Shown piece by piece: positions 24,896 to 39,510 of a stretch of 64,000 bases of DNA; the first letter of the stretch is position 1, and every line of letters begins with the position of its first letter. The translations under genes were made by a program, and so were the position numbers. The DNA lies in assembly GCA_951406725.2 (NCBI GenBank), contig OX597815.1, positions 16,926,001-16,990,000 on the forward strand, given 5' to 3'. Under the pieces are notes generated by a model. The model ran no database searches. It was not told the origin of the DNA and saw only the letters and a program-made list of their open reading frames with translations. The stretch comes from Octopus vulgaris (taxonomy: Eukaryota).

Positions 24896-25597
24896 AATAT
24901 ATATATATATCAGAAGAAATTAGAGACGATATACTATAGATGTATTCATTTGAACTCGTGCAAGATCCGTAGCTATAAATGATAATATATTTACGCGTAT
25001 CAGTAAAGTGTTTGCAGTTACAGTGATTATGATTGATAATGATTGAAATATATGCCGAAAAGTACGTCTGGCTTTAACAACTCATTTCTTTCAGCTTTCT
25101 GTACTTTGTAAGTGAGATCAATTTGCAATTCCTGAACAAAAGCTCTATATTTATATACAAATATTGAAGCCATTCGAACAATGTATAAGACTATATGTAT
25201 ATGTGAACAGAAGCACATTTGTTGCGTAGATAACACATCAGAAAATGGTGTATTATCTCCAGCAAGAATCAAGTCTTCCATTTTTTTAATGTTAATTCAA
25301 CATGTTTCTTTCGTTATTTCTTTTCGGTATTGTTCTTCGGTATTTCCATCTTTACTTAGCTTTGTAGCATTTCTCTGATGTTCCTTATCACACGGCAGCG
25401 GATATGTTGAAATAAAAAAACAAAAACAAAAACAAAAAAACACACCAACATTTTCGTGCATCAACGATAGCATAATGTCTGGAACGATTGAATACCATTT
25501 CCTTACCACCCACTCCACCCTCGCTGCATCACTCTCTTTCTGTCTCTCTGTCTCCCACTATACATATACATAATATACAAATGGACACACAAATATG

Positions 25598-26150
<553 letters not shown>

Positions 26151-26603
26151 ATGTGCAAAGATATTTGCGTGTGTTGATTTTCTTCACTATCTTGCTAAAA
26201 AAACCAAAAAAAAAACCCCACAGAAAATGATATTGGCCATACATGAAACACAAGCTTCTCACACGAAATTATTGAAAACAAGTCTGTCACGTCCTTAACA
26301 ACAGGATCCCACCACCATCCAGTCTAATTGCTGTACCATGTACCAAAATATTTATTTGCTGGTCGGTGTCATAAGAAGAGAAAAAAGTCAATATTTGTTG
26401 ATTTATATATATGTGTTTTTTTCTTCTTTTTAAATATTTTATAATGGCTACTACTTTGTCTTGTCGTCTGCCTCTCTTTCGCCTGAAGCAAATGGCTGCA
26501 ATGTTGCACCATCATCATTTCTCCTGTGCAAGACGGTATCGTAATTACCATTTATATCAACACCATAATCACTTCGGAAGGCTAGGCCACATAAAAGAAT
26601 ACC

Positions 26604-26648
<45 letters not shown>

Positions 26649-27081
26649 TGGAGTAGTAGCTGGAGTAGTAGTTGGAGTAGTTGTTGCAAAAGTAATTTTT
26701 CCTCAGATACGCTTCTTCTTCTTCTTCTTCTTCTTCTTCTTCTTCTTCTTCTTCTTCTTCTTCTTCTTCTTCTTCTTCTTCTTCTTCTTCTTCTTCTTCT
26801 TCTTCTTCTTCTTCTTCTTCTTCTTCTTTTCTTCTTCTTCTTTTTCTTCTTCTTCTTCTTCTTCTTCTTCTTGTTCTTCTTGTTCTTGTTCTTCTTTTTC
26901 TTTTTCTTTTTCTTCTTCTTCTTCTTCTTCTTCTTTTTCTTTTTCTTCTTCTTCTTCTGGTCCATTTACTTTAGGAATGTAATTAGACGACCTCCTCTAT
27001 CACACGACGTCGACACCCAATCCCCGTTATCCTTACACACCACTGCTCCACCACCACCACCACCACCACCACCACTACCAC

Positions 27082-27160
<79 letters not shown>

Positions 27161-27172
27161 GCCATCACCACC
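26604..27172. repeat. Trinucleotide cluster: (TAG)n, ~245-bp (CTT)n, (CAC)n, (CAT)n
   Basis: Direct read. Confidence 0.95.
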
Positions 27173-27927
27173 AACGTTGTTATTATCGTCAACATAGTCA
27201 TGGCACTAGGTAGTAGCCAGAAATACACCCATAGCTAAAGAAAATGAGGTCGATAATTCTCAGACAATATTCGTAGCTACAGGACACATCACTGATTTAT
27301 TGGAAAGAAGCCTGATATAGGGTAAATTTCACCCAAAAGGCAGCTAAAATATTCTCTCACAGGTGGTGTTTATCGTGTGATTGAGACGAATATAATGTAA
27401 ATACTGACACCTTGATATACTGTTGATATAAAGGAAAGTGTAATTTGATGAATATTTAAAATATATATTATAGATATTTTTCATTGTTTTACAAATTACG
27501 TTTTTTATTCACAAGAAATTTCCTTCTCAAAACGACCAACAAAATCATTTCCCATGGGACCTTTCTACGAAATCTTCATCAGACCGGAATAAAAAGTTGA
27601 TGCTTTCTGTCCGTTTAAATTGTTTATGCCCTAACTAACTTTTATATTTTATATTATCATAGTCCCAGATTTATATCACAGGAGGTTTGATACATTGTTA
27701 ACTGGAAATTTTCATACGATTATTCATGCATTCATATATATCCGCACACATACATAATACATATACACATAGATGTTTAAATATTTTTATAATGGTTATT
27801 GTTCAATCACTGTGGTTATAGAAAGGTTGGACACATTTCTTTACGGCTCAGTATAGCTTTTTTATTCGCGGCAAATTTTCTGAATTGTTAGAGCATTGGA
27901 TAATTCGTCTTACGGTATACGTCCTAC

Positions 27928-28344
27928 AAGGCTGCGAGCTGGCAGAAGCGTTAGCACGCCGGGCGAAATGCGTAGCCGTATTTCGTCTGCCGTTACGTTC
28001 TGAGTTCAAATTCCGCCGAGGTCGACTTTGCTTTTCATCCTTTTAATCGGGGTCGATTAAATAAGTCCCACTTACTGGGGTCTATGTAATCGACTTAATC
28101 CGTTTGTCTGTCCTTGTTTGTCCTCTCTGTGTTTAGCCCCTCGTGGGTAGTAAAGAAATAGATATTTCGTCTACCGTTACGTTCTGAGTTCAAATTCCGC
28201 CGAGGTCGACTTTGCTTTTCATCCTTTTAATCGGGGTCGATTAAATAAGTCCCACTTACTGGGGTCTATGTAATCGACTTAATCCGTTTGTCTGTCCTTG
28301 TTTGTCTTCTCTGTGTTTAGCCCCTCGTGGGTAGTAAAGAAATA
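27928..28344 (+). mobile_element. Nin/Deu-domain SINE dimer
   Basis: Second headless unit starts at 28162. TSD ggtatacgt(c/t)ctac at 27914-27927 and 28345-28358. Confidence 0.85.
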
Positions 28345-29349
28345 GGTATACGTTCTACTTCTCAGCGTTCAAATTTCAAACATTACTGGTGTCAACTTCG
28401 CATTATGGATTTTTTGCTTGTCTTGGTTTTTCTGCTTGTCTTTCCAGAAGAAATTGGTTGTGGTCACCCCTAATAAGATATGGGCCTCGTCGAGTATAAA
28501 TAATGTCGAAGATTCGCCGTTCGTCATGACAGCACCCCTACAACTCCGGTAGGAGTTGAGGGACATAGGCGAGGCCATAGAGAAGATGTACTGTGAAGTG
28601 TACTGCAAAGAACGATGGCCTTCACAATAGTCGTTTCTGTCTAAATGCGATAACGTCTGTGACTGAATAATTTGGAGACAAAATGAGTCGACGACGACCT
28701 TTACTTGAAGATCATGGACTCCATATTGTCAACAATCATTAGAAAGGCTACAGTGTAAAAATACATTCAGACATACAAACACCTTTTCAGTGTCACTTGA
28801 TGCTGTGATTCCACAACTAATTGTTTTGAGACATCTATCTAACGTTCGTTGCACAAAAATGAACTGGAAATAGAATCATTTTAAACCAAGATAATTTGGA
28901 TAAACAGATGAAATTAGTTCGATCCTGCAATACTGGCAATATTTCAAAACATCGTCAAATGTATGATACAAATGTATTTATACACCGTTTGTTCACAAAA
29001 CAATTCTGTTCTTCTATGTTAAACTGGTGTACAATCTATCACATTTACGACTACTGCTTTGGCATATATATTTTGATGATGAAATTATAAGAGTGAAAAA
29101 TGTTTCAACTTGTTTCGCATGATTGCAGAAATAGTTAAAATAATATTTTGCCATTGAATCAGATTGTTTTTTTCTCCACCGCATTAATATTTTTAGTGAT
29201 ATTTTTAATACTTCATAAAAAAATAGCACTGATTTAAATATACCAAAATAATATTTAATTAAACTTCATTATAATCCTCTTGTGTTAATAAAGCAGCTTT
29301 TTGTCTCTGAATCATTAATTCACTGCACTAATTCCAATAGAGAACGCTT

Positions 29350-29460
29350 GCAGCCAAGTGGTTAGGTCGTAGGGCTCATAGTCTTTCAGTCATAGGTTCG
29401 ATTCCTGCAGAGGGTGGCGCATTGTATCCTTGTCCAAAGCACTTCGTTTCTCGTTACTTC
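29350..29460 (+). mobile_element. Degenerate tRNA/CORE-like SINE head
   Basis: cagccaagtggtt...ggttcgattcc...cattgtatccttg. Confidence 0.45.
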
Positions 29461-29586
29461 ATTTGACCGGCCTCCCACGCAATGCTGGTGCATTCTTCTT
29501 ACTCACTCCCATGAATTACGGGTAAGTGTGTGTGAGTGTGCGAAGTGTCCATGTCTGCTCGAAAATATTGACAGAATCATGTCACA

Positions 29587-29817
29587 GCGGCGAGCTGGCA
29601 GAAACGTTAGCACGCCGGGCGAAATGCTTTGTGATATTTCGTCCGCCGCTGCGTTCTGAGATCAAATTCCGTCGAGGTCGACTTTGCCTTTCATCCTTTC
29701 GGGGTCGATAAATTAAGTACCAGTCACACACTGGGGTCGATATAATCGACTTAATCCGTTTGTCTGTCCTTGTTTGTTCTCTCTGTGTTTAGCTCCTTGT
29801 GGGTAGTAAAGAAATAG
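29587..29817 (+). mobile_element. Nin/Deu-domain SINE monomer
   Basis: Aligns end to end with 35556-35790. Confidence 0.85.
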
Positions 29818-29867
29818 GTATATATTACTAAGCTATCCTCGATTCCAAATAACAGTGTAGCTAAGTC

Positions 29868-30070
29868 AAGGCGGCGATCTGGCAGAATCGTATCTGCTCC
29901 GGGCCAAATGCTCAGCGGCATTTCGTCCGTCCCTATGTTCAAATTCCGCCGAGGTCGACTTTGCCTTTCATTCTTTCGGCGTTGATAAAATGAGTACCAG
30001 TTGAACACTGGGGTCGATGTGATCGACCTACCCCTTCCTCGAATTTGCTGGTCTTGTGTCAAAATCAATA
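29868..30070 (+). mobile_element. Nin/Deu-domain SINE with alternative tail
   Basis: Same head and core; tail cccttcctcgaatttgctggtcttgtgtcaaaat. Confidence 0.8.
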
Positions 30071-30334
30071 TTTTTCACTAAGTTTCTCTTTCTCCTTTTC
30101 CCTCTTCCTCTGTATCTCTCTGCACATGCAAACACACACACGCACACACGCACACACACACACAACACACACACACACACAAACACCACACACAAACACA
30201 CACACACAAACACACACACACAAACACACACACACAAACACATACACACAAATACTCACACACACAAAACACACACACACAAAACACACACACACAAGCG
30301 CACACACACATACACATACACACACAAACACAAA

Positions 30335-30365
<31 letters not shown>

Positions 30366-30799
30366 TTGAAAAGAGAAGGTAACGAATGAAAAATGTCTCT
30401 CTTCAAAATGGAGTTCGCCAGTCATCAACAGAGAGAGTAAGAATCTGTTCGTATATCATAAGCCAGAAACAATATAAACAGTTACATAGAACAGTTTTGC
30501 ATTATTTTGAAAGGAACTTCACGAGTGTATTGATTAATTTTATATTAAAAACAATAAACAATAGGTTCGATTGTCAAGGGTGGTGGTAGGCTGGCTTCTG
30601 CCATCTAATTATGTGATTTTAAGCTTGCTGTATTTTCGCTAGAAAAAGTTGCTAATGTACTTTAATGTGGCTATAATTAGGTGGTGTTTGTAAGAGGAGA
30701 GAAATAGTTTCCTTGAACTGGTTTTGTTTGTATGTAGATTAATTATGCGGGTAACTATGTTTATGCGGGAACTAAATTGAACAGTATATATATCCTTAT

Positions 30800-30982
30800 A
30801 CACTTTTTCTCTTTCCATTTATTTTGTCCTCTCTCCATTGTTTTCCTGTCATCCCTTTCTGTCGAAGAGCGTAGACTCGAAATGTTAAAGACTTTTCTAT
30901 TCTTCCCCAGCGTTAAATTTATACTATTGCTCGTTGCACCCTCACCTGTCTTCGTCTTTTGTTTTCTGTAAATTTGAACTAA
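30800..30982 (+). mobile_element. Short Penelope-type terminal element with hammerhead-like motif (30855-30890)
   Basis: cttt-CTGTCGA-agagcgtagactc-GAAA-tgtt-aaag; homologous to the minus copy at 36130-36330. Confidence 0.55.
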
Positions 30983-31133
30983 ATATCTTTATAAACATAC
31001 TATTTGGAGACTAGTATGTTAAATATCACTAGAAAACAGAAGATCTGTAATATTTATTTAAAATTAATTTCAAATCATTTCACAAAACCTATCTTTGCAG
31101 GGAAACAAAAAGTCACTCATTAAGACAACGATG

Positions 31134-31573
31134 AAGGCAGCGAGCTGGCAGAATTGTTAGCACGTCGGGAAAAATGCTAACCAGCATTTCGTCCGTTCTG
31201 AGTTCAAATTCCGCCGAGGTTGACTTTGCCTTTCAACCTTTCGGAGTCGATAAAATAAGTACCAGTTGAGTATTGTGGTCGATATTGTGGTCGACTAGCC
31301 TCCTCCCCCAACGATAACGATTCAGGCCTTGTGCCTATAGTAGAAAGGATTATTATTATTAGGGCGGCAAGCTGGCAGAATCGTTAGCACTCTGAGCAAA
31401 ATGCTTAGCGTTCGTCTTTTACGTTCTAAGTTCAAAAGCCACCGAGGTCCACTTTGTCTTCCATCCTTTCGGAGTTGATAAAATAAGTACCAGTTGAGTA
31501 TTGTGGTCGATGTAATAGACTATCCCCCTCCCACAAAGATTCAGGCCTTGTACCTATAGTAGAAAGGATTATT
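31134..31573 (+). mobile_element. Two head-to-tail Nin/Deu SINEs with a third tail type ending (ATT)n
   Basis: Units 31134-31360 and 31361-31573; tail ttcaggccttgt(g/a)cctatagtagaaaggattatt. Confidence 0.8.
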
Positions 31574-31649
31574 CAGGCTACGGACGGTGGCTTAATCATT
31601 CGTTCGTACACATACTTAGATATATGCATGGACCCGGATATATCTGGGA

Positions 31650-32050
31650 ACAAGAACCTATATGGAATGAAGAGTGACTGAATAGGAGGTATATTCCTCT
31701 ATAATAAAGTAAACCAAAAGAAAATGATGTATCAGCTCAAACATAGTAGATCATTAATGAACAAGCAAATTTGTGAGGGTTGGAGAATCAGTCCTTATGT
31801 ATTTGTATGTAGCTATGGATCAGGTGATGACTATGAAAACAAGATCATTTGCACATATTCTTATAGTTTGGCCAAAGAGGTACATGTGGACATAAAGCAG
31901 AGGAAAAAGTATTTTTGAGCAGAAGAGGAAGTAAGTAAAAGTACTTAAAGTCTAACGGTGGTCGAAGCTTGATAGCGAAGCTGAATAGCAGTTTAGGCCT
32001 ATTAAAATAGAAGATCTTCGCAATATAGATAATAATTTATACATGAAGGC
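31650..32050 (-). pseudogene. Highly degraded LINE reverse transcriptase remnant (CR1/Jockey-like)
   Basis: LFINDLL on minus near 31745-31765, with a KAFD-like sequence upstream near 31960. Confidence 0.35.
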
Positions 32051-32735
32051 ATGTATGTAGTTTAACATAACTTGTGTTCAGGTAATGCAGTGGCAATATG
32101 AAGTTCTTTTAGAAAGTCCGTTGAAGAGGTTTTGACAGACGAGTATTTGCGGTGCATAAGTTGCAGCTTATTTTAAATTTTCAGTACATGGTTTTACGTT
32201 CGAAAGAATGTTCCATTTTATGCTCTATGATCGGTATTTATTCTCAAAATTTCAAATATGTTGAAAAAACAAGGAGCATTTGCTTTTCTGTTGGTTTCTA
32301 CGAGTATGTATACTTTTAGTTAGGTCGGATTTTGAATATGTTCAAATAATATAAAATTATTCAACATGCAACAGTAGATAAACGCTCTCTCTATACTTGC
32401 ATATAGCTCTTATATTTTTATTATTTGTTCCTTTCTTTTGCTTCGTATTTTGAATAGACTTAGGAATAACAGCATTTAGATAAGAAATAATTGCTTTTTG
32501 TCGGATTCAACTGCCAAAGAAGAATTTGTTTTGATTTTGTCCAACGGCTTTGTGGTCTTCACTTAAGCTTAGAGTTTTACTTCTTATGATAAGAATTATA
32601 ATGTGGCACGATCCATGTTCGAATATAGTCATGGGCGTGGCTTACAATACTCTGCCATGCAAAAGAATATAACTCTTCCATTTCTAGGAAAGATTGACAT
32701 GAGTTTCATACGTTACCCTCTAATATGTACGTAAG

Positions 32736-32769
<34 letters not shown>

Positions 32770-32811
32770 TGTATGTATGTATGTATGTATGTATGTATGT
32801 ATGTATGTATA

Positions 32812-33336
32812 CTTGCATCTCTCCTGACACATGGGAAGGCATAGCTATTGATCGTAGCAGGTGGAAAAGGATTGTGCACTCGGGGACAGCCACTTTTGAG
32901 AAATCTCGAGTAGCACATGAGAAAGTAAGGAGGGATGTCAGGAAAGGCATCGCTGTTACACTTCCAGATGGGAAATTGCTTCCTATGATGCTGACATGCA
33001 ATGCCTGTGCAAGACCCTGCCTCAGTAAAGCTGGGCTCAAGAATCATCTTCATAGTCATAAAGCGAGACAGATGAGTGACAACCTGGCCACTGGTGGTGG
33101 TGTAACACACCATACTAATCATATCTGTCGGGTATGTGGAAGAGAGTGTAATTTGGCAGGAGGACTTAAACGACATGCAGCCCAGTAACAACTATAGCCG
33201 GAAAAGGTTTTAGCTGCCAATTCTGCACAAGACATTGTAGATCTTTAGCTGGGCTAAAAAGTCACATTCGATCACAGCACCAATAACAGTTAAGCTTCGT
33301 GCAATGGCTATACTCGATAACGAGGGGGCAGCCATC
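32812..33336 (+). mobile_element. RTE zinc-finger 3' end, copy 2, in (TATG)n
   Basis: Collinear with 9058-9605; two short deletions disrupt fingers 2-3; (TATG)n on both sides. Confidence 0.85.
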
Positions 33337-34573
33337 ATGTATGTATGTATGTGTGTATGTATGTATGTATGTATGTATGTATGTATGTATGTATGTATGT
33401 ATGTATGTATGTATGTATGTATGTATGCATGCATGCATGCATGCATGCATGTATGTATGTATGTATGTATGTATGTATGTATGTATGTATGTATGTATGT
33501 TTGTGTGTGTATGCATGCATGTATGTATGCATGTGTGTCACGATAGTGATATGAGAATTACGAAACGTATGTACGGAAATGTAAATGATTTGATGCCTGA
33601 TCATAACATAATGGTCCTTCAAAATTTCTCAGTAGCACCATCTGCATGGAAAACATATTAAGAACTGCTAACATACGTGATGCCATTAAACAAATTTATT
33701 CGTTAACACTAATTATATTAGTAATGTCTTGACTTGTGCACTTTACCCTGTTCTCGCATTGTAGAGCAGAGTACGAGGAAGTTTAGTTTACATTGAACTG
33801 GTTCAGTAGTTGTTTTATGTGTAATCCATGTGTTACAAGAGAGACTTACTATTGCTTTAAAATATAGGGCGCCTCATTAGAATCAAGTTTGAGAAGATAA
33901 ATAGTAACAATGAAACATGATTCAAAATGAAAATTTTTTGATTGATTAATTTTATATGAAAATAGTATTTAAATTAAATTCGATCAATTTTGAAATAAAA
34001 ACAAAAACTAAGCGGAAGAGACTTTGAAGAAGTCGGGTCATTCCAATAAAATGATAAACCAAACATTGCTAAGCGGATTAATTTAAACCAGTAAGTGACT
34101 AGGATACATATTTAAAGAATAACCCGTGCAGTAACCCGAGAGAAGCAATTAAGAAAATAGTTTCCTGCAAATCAAAGAATATTTGAGGAAAAGAAAGAAA
34201 GAAAAAAACCTCAAAAAGCAACAAAGCAGAAGAATCACTTTGGAACTTAGTATTGAATTACTGAAATAAGCTTCAACATTGGCGTCAAGGAGATCAATAA
34301 TCAATTTTTTGTCATTAAGTTGTTGATCTGTTGGAATTTAACAGCCGACACGAGTAGGGATGAAATGAAGTTTCCTTAACTATTGGATACTTGAAAGGAA
34401 AGCGAGAATATTTGATAGAAAGTTTCTTAAGATAAATTATTAAAAAAAATATGAAAAATAACAAATATACAAATAAAGATATCAATAAATCACTCTGAAT
34501 TAATTTAATGAATATTAAATCTCAGACCAGCCTAATATGATTGTGTTATTGCAACGTCCGTGGCATTTAAATT

Positions 34574-34574
34574 G

Positions 34575-34654
<80 letters not shown>

Positions 34655-35016
34655 GTCTGTCTGTCTGTCTGTCTGTTTGTTTTTCTGTTTGTCTGTCCGT
34701 CTGTTTGCCTGTCTGCCTGTCTGTTTGTCTGTCTGCTGGTCTGTCCGTCCGTCCATCCGTCCGCCTGTCTGTCTGCCTGCCTGTCTGTCTGTCTGTTTGT
34801 CTATCTGTCGGTCTGTCCGTCCGTCCATCCGTCTGTCTGTCTGCCTGTCTGTCTGTCTGCTTGTCTGTCTGTCTGTCTGCCTGTCTGTCTGCCTGTCTGT
34901 CTGTCTGTTTGTCTATCTGTCAGTCTATCCGTCTGTCCACCCGTCCGTCTGTCTGTCTATCTGTCTGTCGGTCGGTCCTTCCGTTCGTCCGTCTGTCTGC
35001 CTGTCTGTTTGTCTGT
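34574..35016. repeat. (TATC)n grading into degenerate (TGTC/CGTC)n
   Basis: Direct read. Confidence 0.95.
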
Positions 35017-35555
35017 CTTCATTCTTTTAGCCATATTTGCTTTAATTTCCATCGTAGTCCTGTTTTTGTTTCAACAAACATTCATAATTTCCACATATAG
35101 ATGGTGTGGTTGTTTAGCCGTAAGACATAACTAATCGAGCAAGCATATGAGGAAAAGGCTTGCAGCTGTGACTAAGCTTTCTCACGAGGCATAGTGTGTC
35201 TACAATAACAATGTCTCGTTCCATATTCAACAGGCTGTCGGATATGACTAGAGGAGATCTGGCTGTTGTTTGCAGCAGATTAAAAGACGATATAGGGATT
35301 TCTATTTCCAGAAGCGAAAGGATTGTGAAACAACGTTTTGGTATTTATTAATTAGGTAGTATAAATGACGAATAGATGAGTGATAGAGGTATGTAGTGAT
35401 AGGTCTTTTGGTGGAGTCATTGTAGTTATTCGCCCAAACCAACCATGCTGATCTAAAGATATACTGTGGAACAAATGATGTCCTAGATGGAAATAAGATA
35501 ATGAATATGCGTGTGTGTTCTTCTTTTCAAAGACGGTAAGCAATTATATCTTGTT

Positions 35556-35790
35556 AAGGCGGCGAGCTGGCAGAAACGTTAGTTCGCCGGGCGAAATGCG
35601 TAGCCGTATTTCGTCTGCCGTTACGTTCTGAGTTCAAATTCCGCCGAGGTCGACTTTGCCTTTCATTCTTTCGGGGTCGATAAATTAAGTACCAGTTACG
35701 CACTGGGGTCGATGTAATCGACTTAATCCGTTCGTCTGTCCTTGTTTGTCCTGTCTGTGTTTAGCCCCTTGTGGGTAGTAAAGAAATAGA
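35556..35790 (+). mobile_element. Nin/Deu-domain SINE monomer, consensus-like
   Basis: Complete head, core and tail; TSD core taagcaattatat at 35537 and 35791. Confidence 0.9.
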
Positions 35791-36129
35791 TAAGCAATTA
35801 TATATTATTTGTGTGGTTACTATTGCTTCTCTAATAGTTTTTGTTTATTTGCTTATGGCTAGCATCACTAATTGGTGTTTGAGCGAGTTAGTTAAAGATT
35901 ATGAATGGGGAATCATATATTTCTTTATAGACTATTTTTGCTGATGTTATTTGTTCTTAGGTCTGTTCGATGGAGCAGATCCATGATGAAAGGCATTCCA
36001 GCTGTAATAGCACCCCGTTTTTTAGAGTATGTAAACTATATAAATCAATGTGACTTTCCTTACCTTAAGACGGTAGTTGTGATTGGAGAAAAAATTGACT
36101 GCTATTTCTTGCAGAATGACCAACTGTCT

Positions 36130-36330
36130 ATATAGAGGGAAGGTTTACGAAAATAAACAAAAGACGAAGGCAGGTGGAGTACAAACAAACAAATGTATTA
36201 GTATAACGCTCAGGAATAGAAATAGAACAAGTCTTTTACGTTTCGAGCCTACGCTCTTCGACAGAAAGATACACAGAGAAAAACGAGGAGAGAAACAAGG
36301 AGAGAAAAAAATGCGCGTAGGAGCTAACGA
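36130..36330 (-). mobile_element. Short Penelope-type terminal element with hammerhead-like motif (36232-36269)
   Basis: tcttt-CTGTCGA-agagcgtaggctc-GAAAC-GTA-aaaga on minus. Confidence 0.6.
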
Positions 36331-36886
36331 TAGAGTCTCCCTAATTGTCCCCTGACATTATTTCTTTTCTCTTTTTAGCCAACTTTTTGTACATGTGCAT
36401 CCTCAATTTATAACTGAAAATTTAACTTACGACAATTAATCTTATCATCCGTGGGTTCAATAGAAAACGGTTTAAAACATCATTAAAAAAATCGATGCCC
36501 AGCATCCACTGACTCGAAAATAAATAAAATACATGTACATCAATTTCAAAGTAAGGATGTCATAAAATACGTACTGAACATTCAGAACGTGGGCATTTTA
36601 AAAATTCTTGTACAGCTACTCTCCACATTTTTATTATAATACAGTCTCAAGATGAACAGCAAAATATATAATCACGACAAACGTAGCTGAAAATCTGCAA
36701 AAATAAATCGTAGTCATGCTATATGAGCGCTATATGAAATTTTACCGTCACAAAGTTCTCGTCTACTTGGATTTGCAAGCTATTTTTTCCATGAATCTTT
36801 CAGTTAGACGTGAAGCCAGGTATACTTACATCTAAAATACTATCTTTATACGTTGCAAAAAAAAAAGGCGAAAAAACATAGACATT

Positions 36887-37282
36887 GGAGTGGCTGTGTG
36901 GTAAGTAGCTTGTTTACCACCCACATGGTTCCGGGTTCAGTCCCACTGCGTGGCATCTTGGGCAAGTGTCTTCTGCTATAGCCCCGGGCCGACCAATGCC
37001 TTGTGAGTGGATTTGGTAGACGGAAACTGAAAGAAGCTTGTCGTATATATATGTATATATATATATATATGTGTATGTGTGTGTGTTTGTCCCCCTAGCA
37101 TTGCTTGACAACCGATGCTGGTGTGTTTACATCTCCGTCACTTAGCGGTTCGGCGAAAGAGCCCGATAGAATAAGTACTGGGCTTACAAAGAATAAGTCC
37201 TGGGGTCGATTTGCTCGATTAAAGGCGGTGCTCCAGCATGGCCGCAGTCAAATGACTGAAACAAGTAAAAGAGTAAAAGAGT
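36887..37282 (+). mobile_element. Meta-domain tRNA SINE with internal (TA)/(TG) tract and (TAAAAGAG)n tail
   Basis: tggctgtgtggtaag (A box), ggttcagtccc (B box), gccttgtgagtggatttggtagacggaaactgaaagaagc core. Confidence 0.85.
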
Positions 37283-37622
37283 ATTATTATCAAATTTGTA
37301 CAAGAAATAAGTAACAAGATCCAAGAAATGTGAGGAGTCTGGTTTGATACTTTTTCAGCGAGTTTCTTGTTTCTTATCCCAAGATTAATGTTTTCACTGA
37401 AATAATGTTTAATATTATTTACATGGAAATCTCATAGATTCATCTTCTTGATGTTTATTCTCGGCAATACATTGTTTGCCCATTGGAACCTTGCTTTGTA
37501 AGGCGTTAGCAGAATCTGAATTCTTCACAGGATAAAACTGAAGAAAGTCTTGAGAAACGGATTATTGCCGATATAAGTTTATCAAAAGTCGATAGACGTT
37601 TAGCCTAAATTTGAGAGTGTAG

Positions 37623-37811
<189 letters not shown>

Positions 37812-37859
37812 AAATAAGTCAAAATAGAAAATGCTAAAATAGTTTTATAAAGAACATTT

Positions 37860-37897
37860 CAGTACCGGTTTCAGTCATTTTGAGACCTTTTCAACTG
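37860..37897 (-). ncRNA. Hammerhead-like motif in a short insert between (TA)n tracts
   Basis: cag-TTGAAAA-ggtc tcaaaat gact-GAAA-CCGG-TA-ctg; the core deviates from CUGANGA. Confidence 0.45.
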
Positions 37898-38040
37898 TAA
37901 CTATTAAATAATTAAATTTAGAAAAATTAAAAGAAATCTTTTTTTTAAAGGAATATTTGTATAGTGTTCAAATATAATTGGCATTTTCCTTGTTTCTGCC
38001 TTGCTCTGTCTCTCTTGTTCACACTTGTGGGTTCGAGGTC

Positions 38041-38097
<57 letters not shown>

Positions 38098-39156
38098 TAG
38101 ATAGATAGATAGGTAGGAATAGATATCTAGGTATCAAGTTTTTGTTTAGTTGTCTATAATCGCTAACCGGTGTTTAAACGAGTTAGTGAAAACTGTTATA
38201 CTCTGGTTATATACGAAAGCTTTGCAGATGGTTAGTTTAATATAATGAAAATCGAGACATCTACATATCCTTTAGAATATTAACAAGACCATGGTCCAAA
38301 GGGAATTGGTGTTTTAACTACTTTGTTTTGGTAATGATAATATATGACACTATGGTAATGAGCAAGAGTTGTTTTTCTATAAGAAAACCACGAGAATTTT
38401 GAAGCGATGCAAAACGTGTTATTGCTTCTTGAACAATCGTTCATGACATCTAGGTCTTCACTGGACTTAAAAACATTTCTTTGGTTAGCTTCATTTCAAG
38501 TATTAACATCAGCAAATGAACACTGCTCCAATCATGATTGATATTAATATGGTTAGATATGTCAAAGTACAACAACATTGCCATGAATGATTACATTGCT
38601 GGGCGATGGAAAGGAGGCTTTCTAAGTCAGTTCGATAACACTACAGAAACACTTCAATAGACATGCATTATTGAAAAAAAAAAAAACGACGTTAACGTGT
38701 CAGTGACTTCTGACAGGACTATTGATCGATTGCTTACAATATGCTATACTGTTTCAAACAAAGTTTCAAATGTTGATATTACCTAAAGGTTTTATCGATT
38801 CAATGGCCAAACTACTCCATCTCAGAGACGATCTATAACGACATTGTAATGAGAAAATTATTAAATTATTCCATTGCTTTTGTATATGTATTTTTATGTC
38901 TTGTGGCAGTAAATTATCGGCTATTTGAAATATTAACGAAATCTGGTTTCAAAGTATCGCCAAAATTAATATCCAATTTTAGGAAACAAGATATGAATCC
39001 TTCAAAAGCAAGAATTTTCATTGCTTTAAAATAATTCAAAAATAAACAGGAATAATTAAAAGAAGAAAAATGGGGATAATAAAAAGAAAAAATAATAAAA
39101 AGAAAAATAATGAAACAAGATATTCGCATTTGTTAGGAGAGTGACTAAAAGTATAA

Positions 39157-39510
<354 letters not shown>

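Noticed and set aside
24960-25026. Additional hammerhead (minus ctgatacgcgta)
   Set aside because: Neither conserved box is intact and stem II is not evident.
26582-27228. Poly-K/R, poly-S and poly-M ORFs
   Set aside because: Pure trinucleotide microsatellites.
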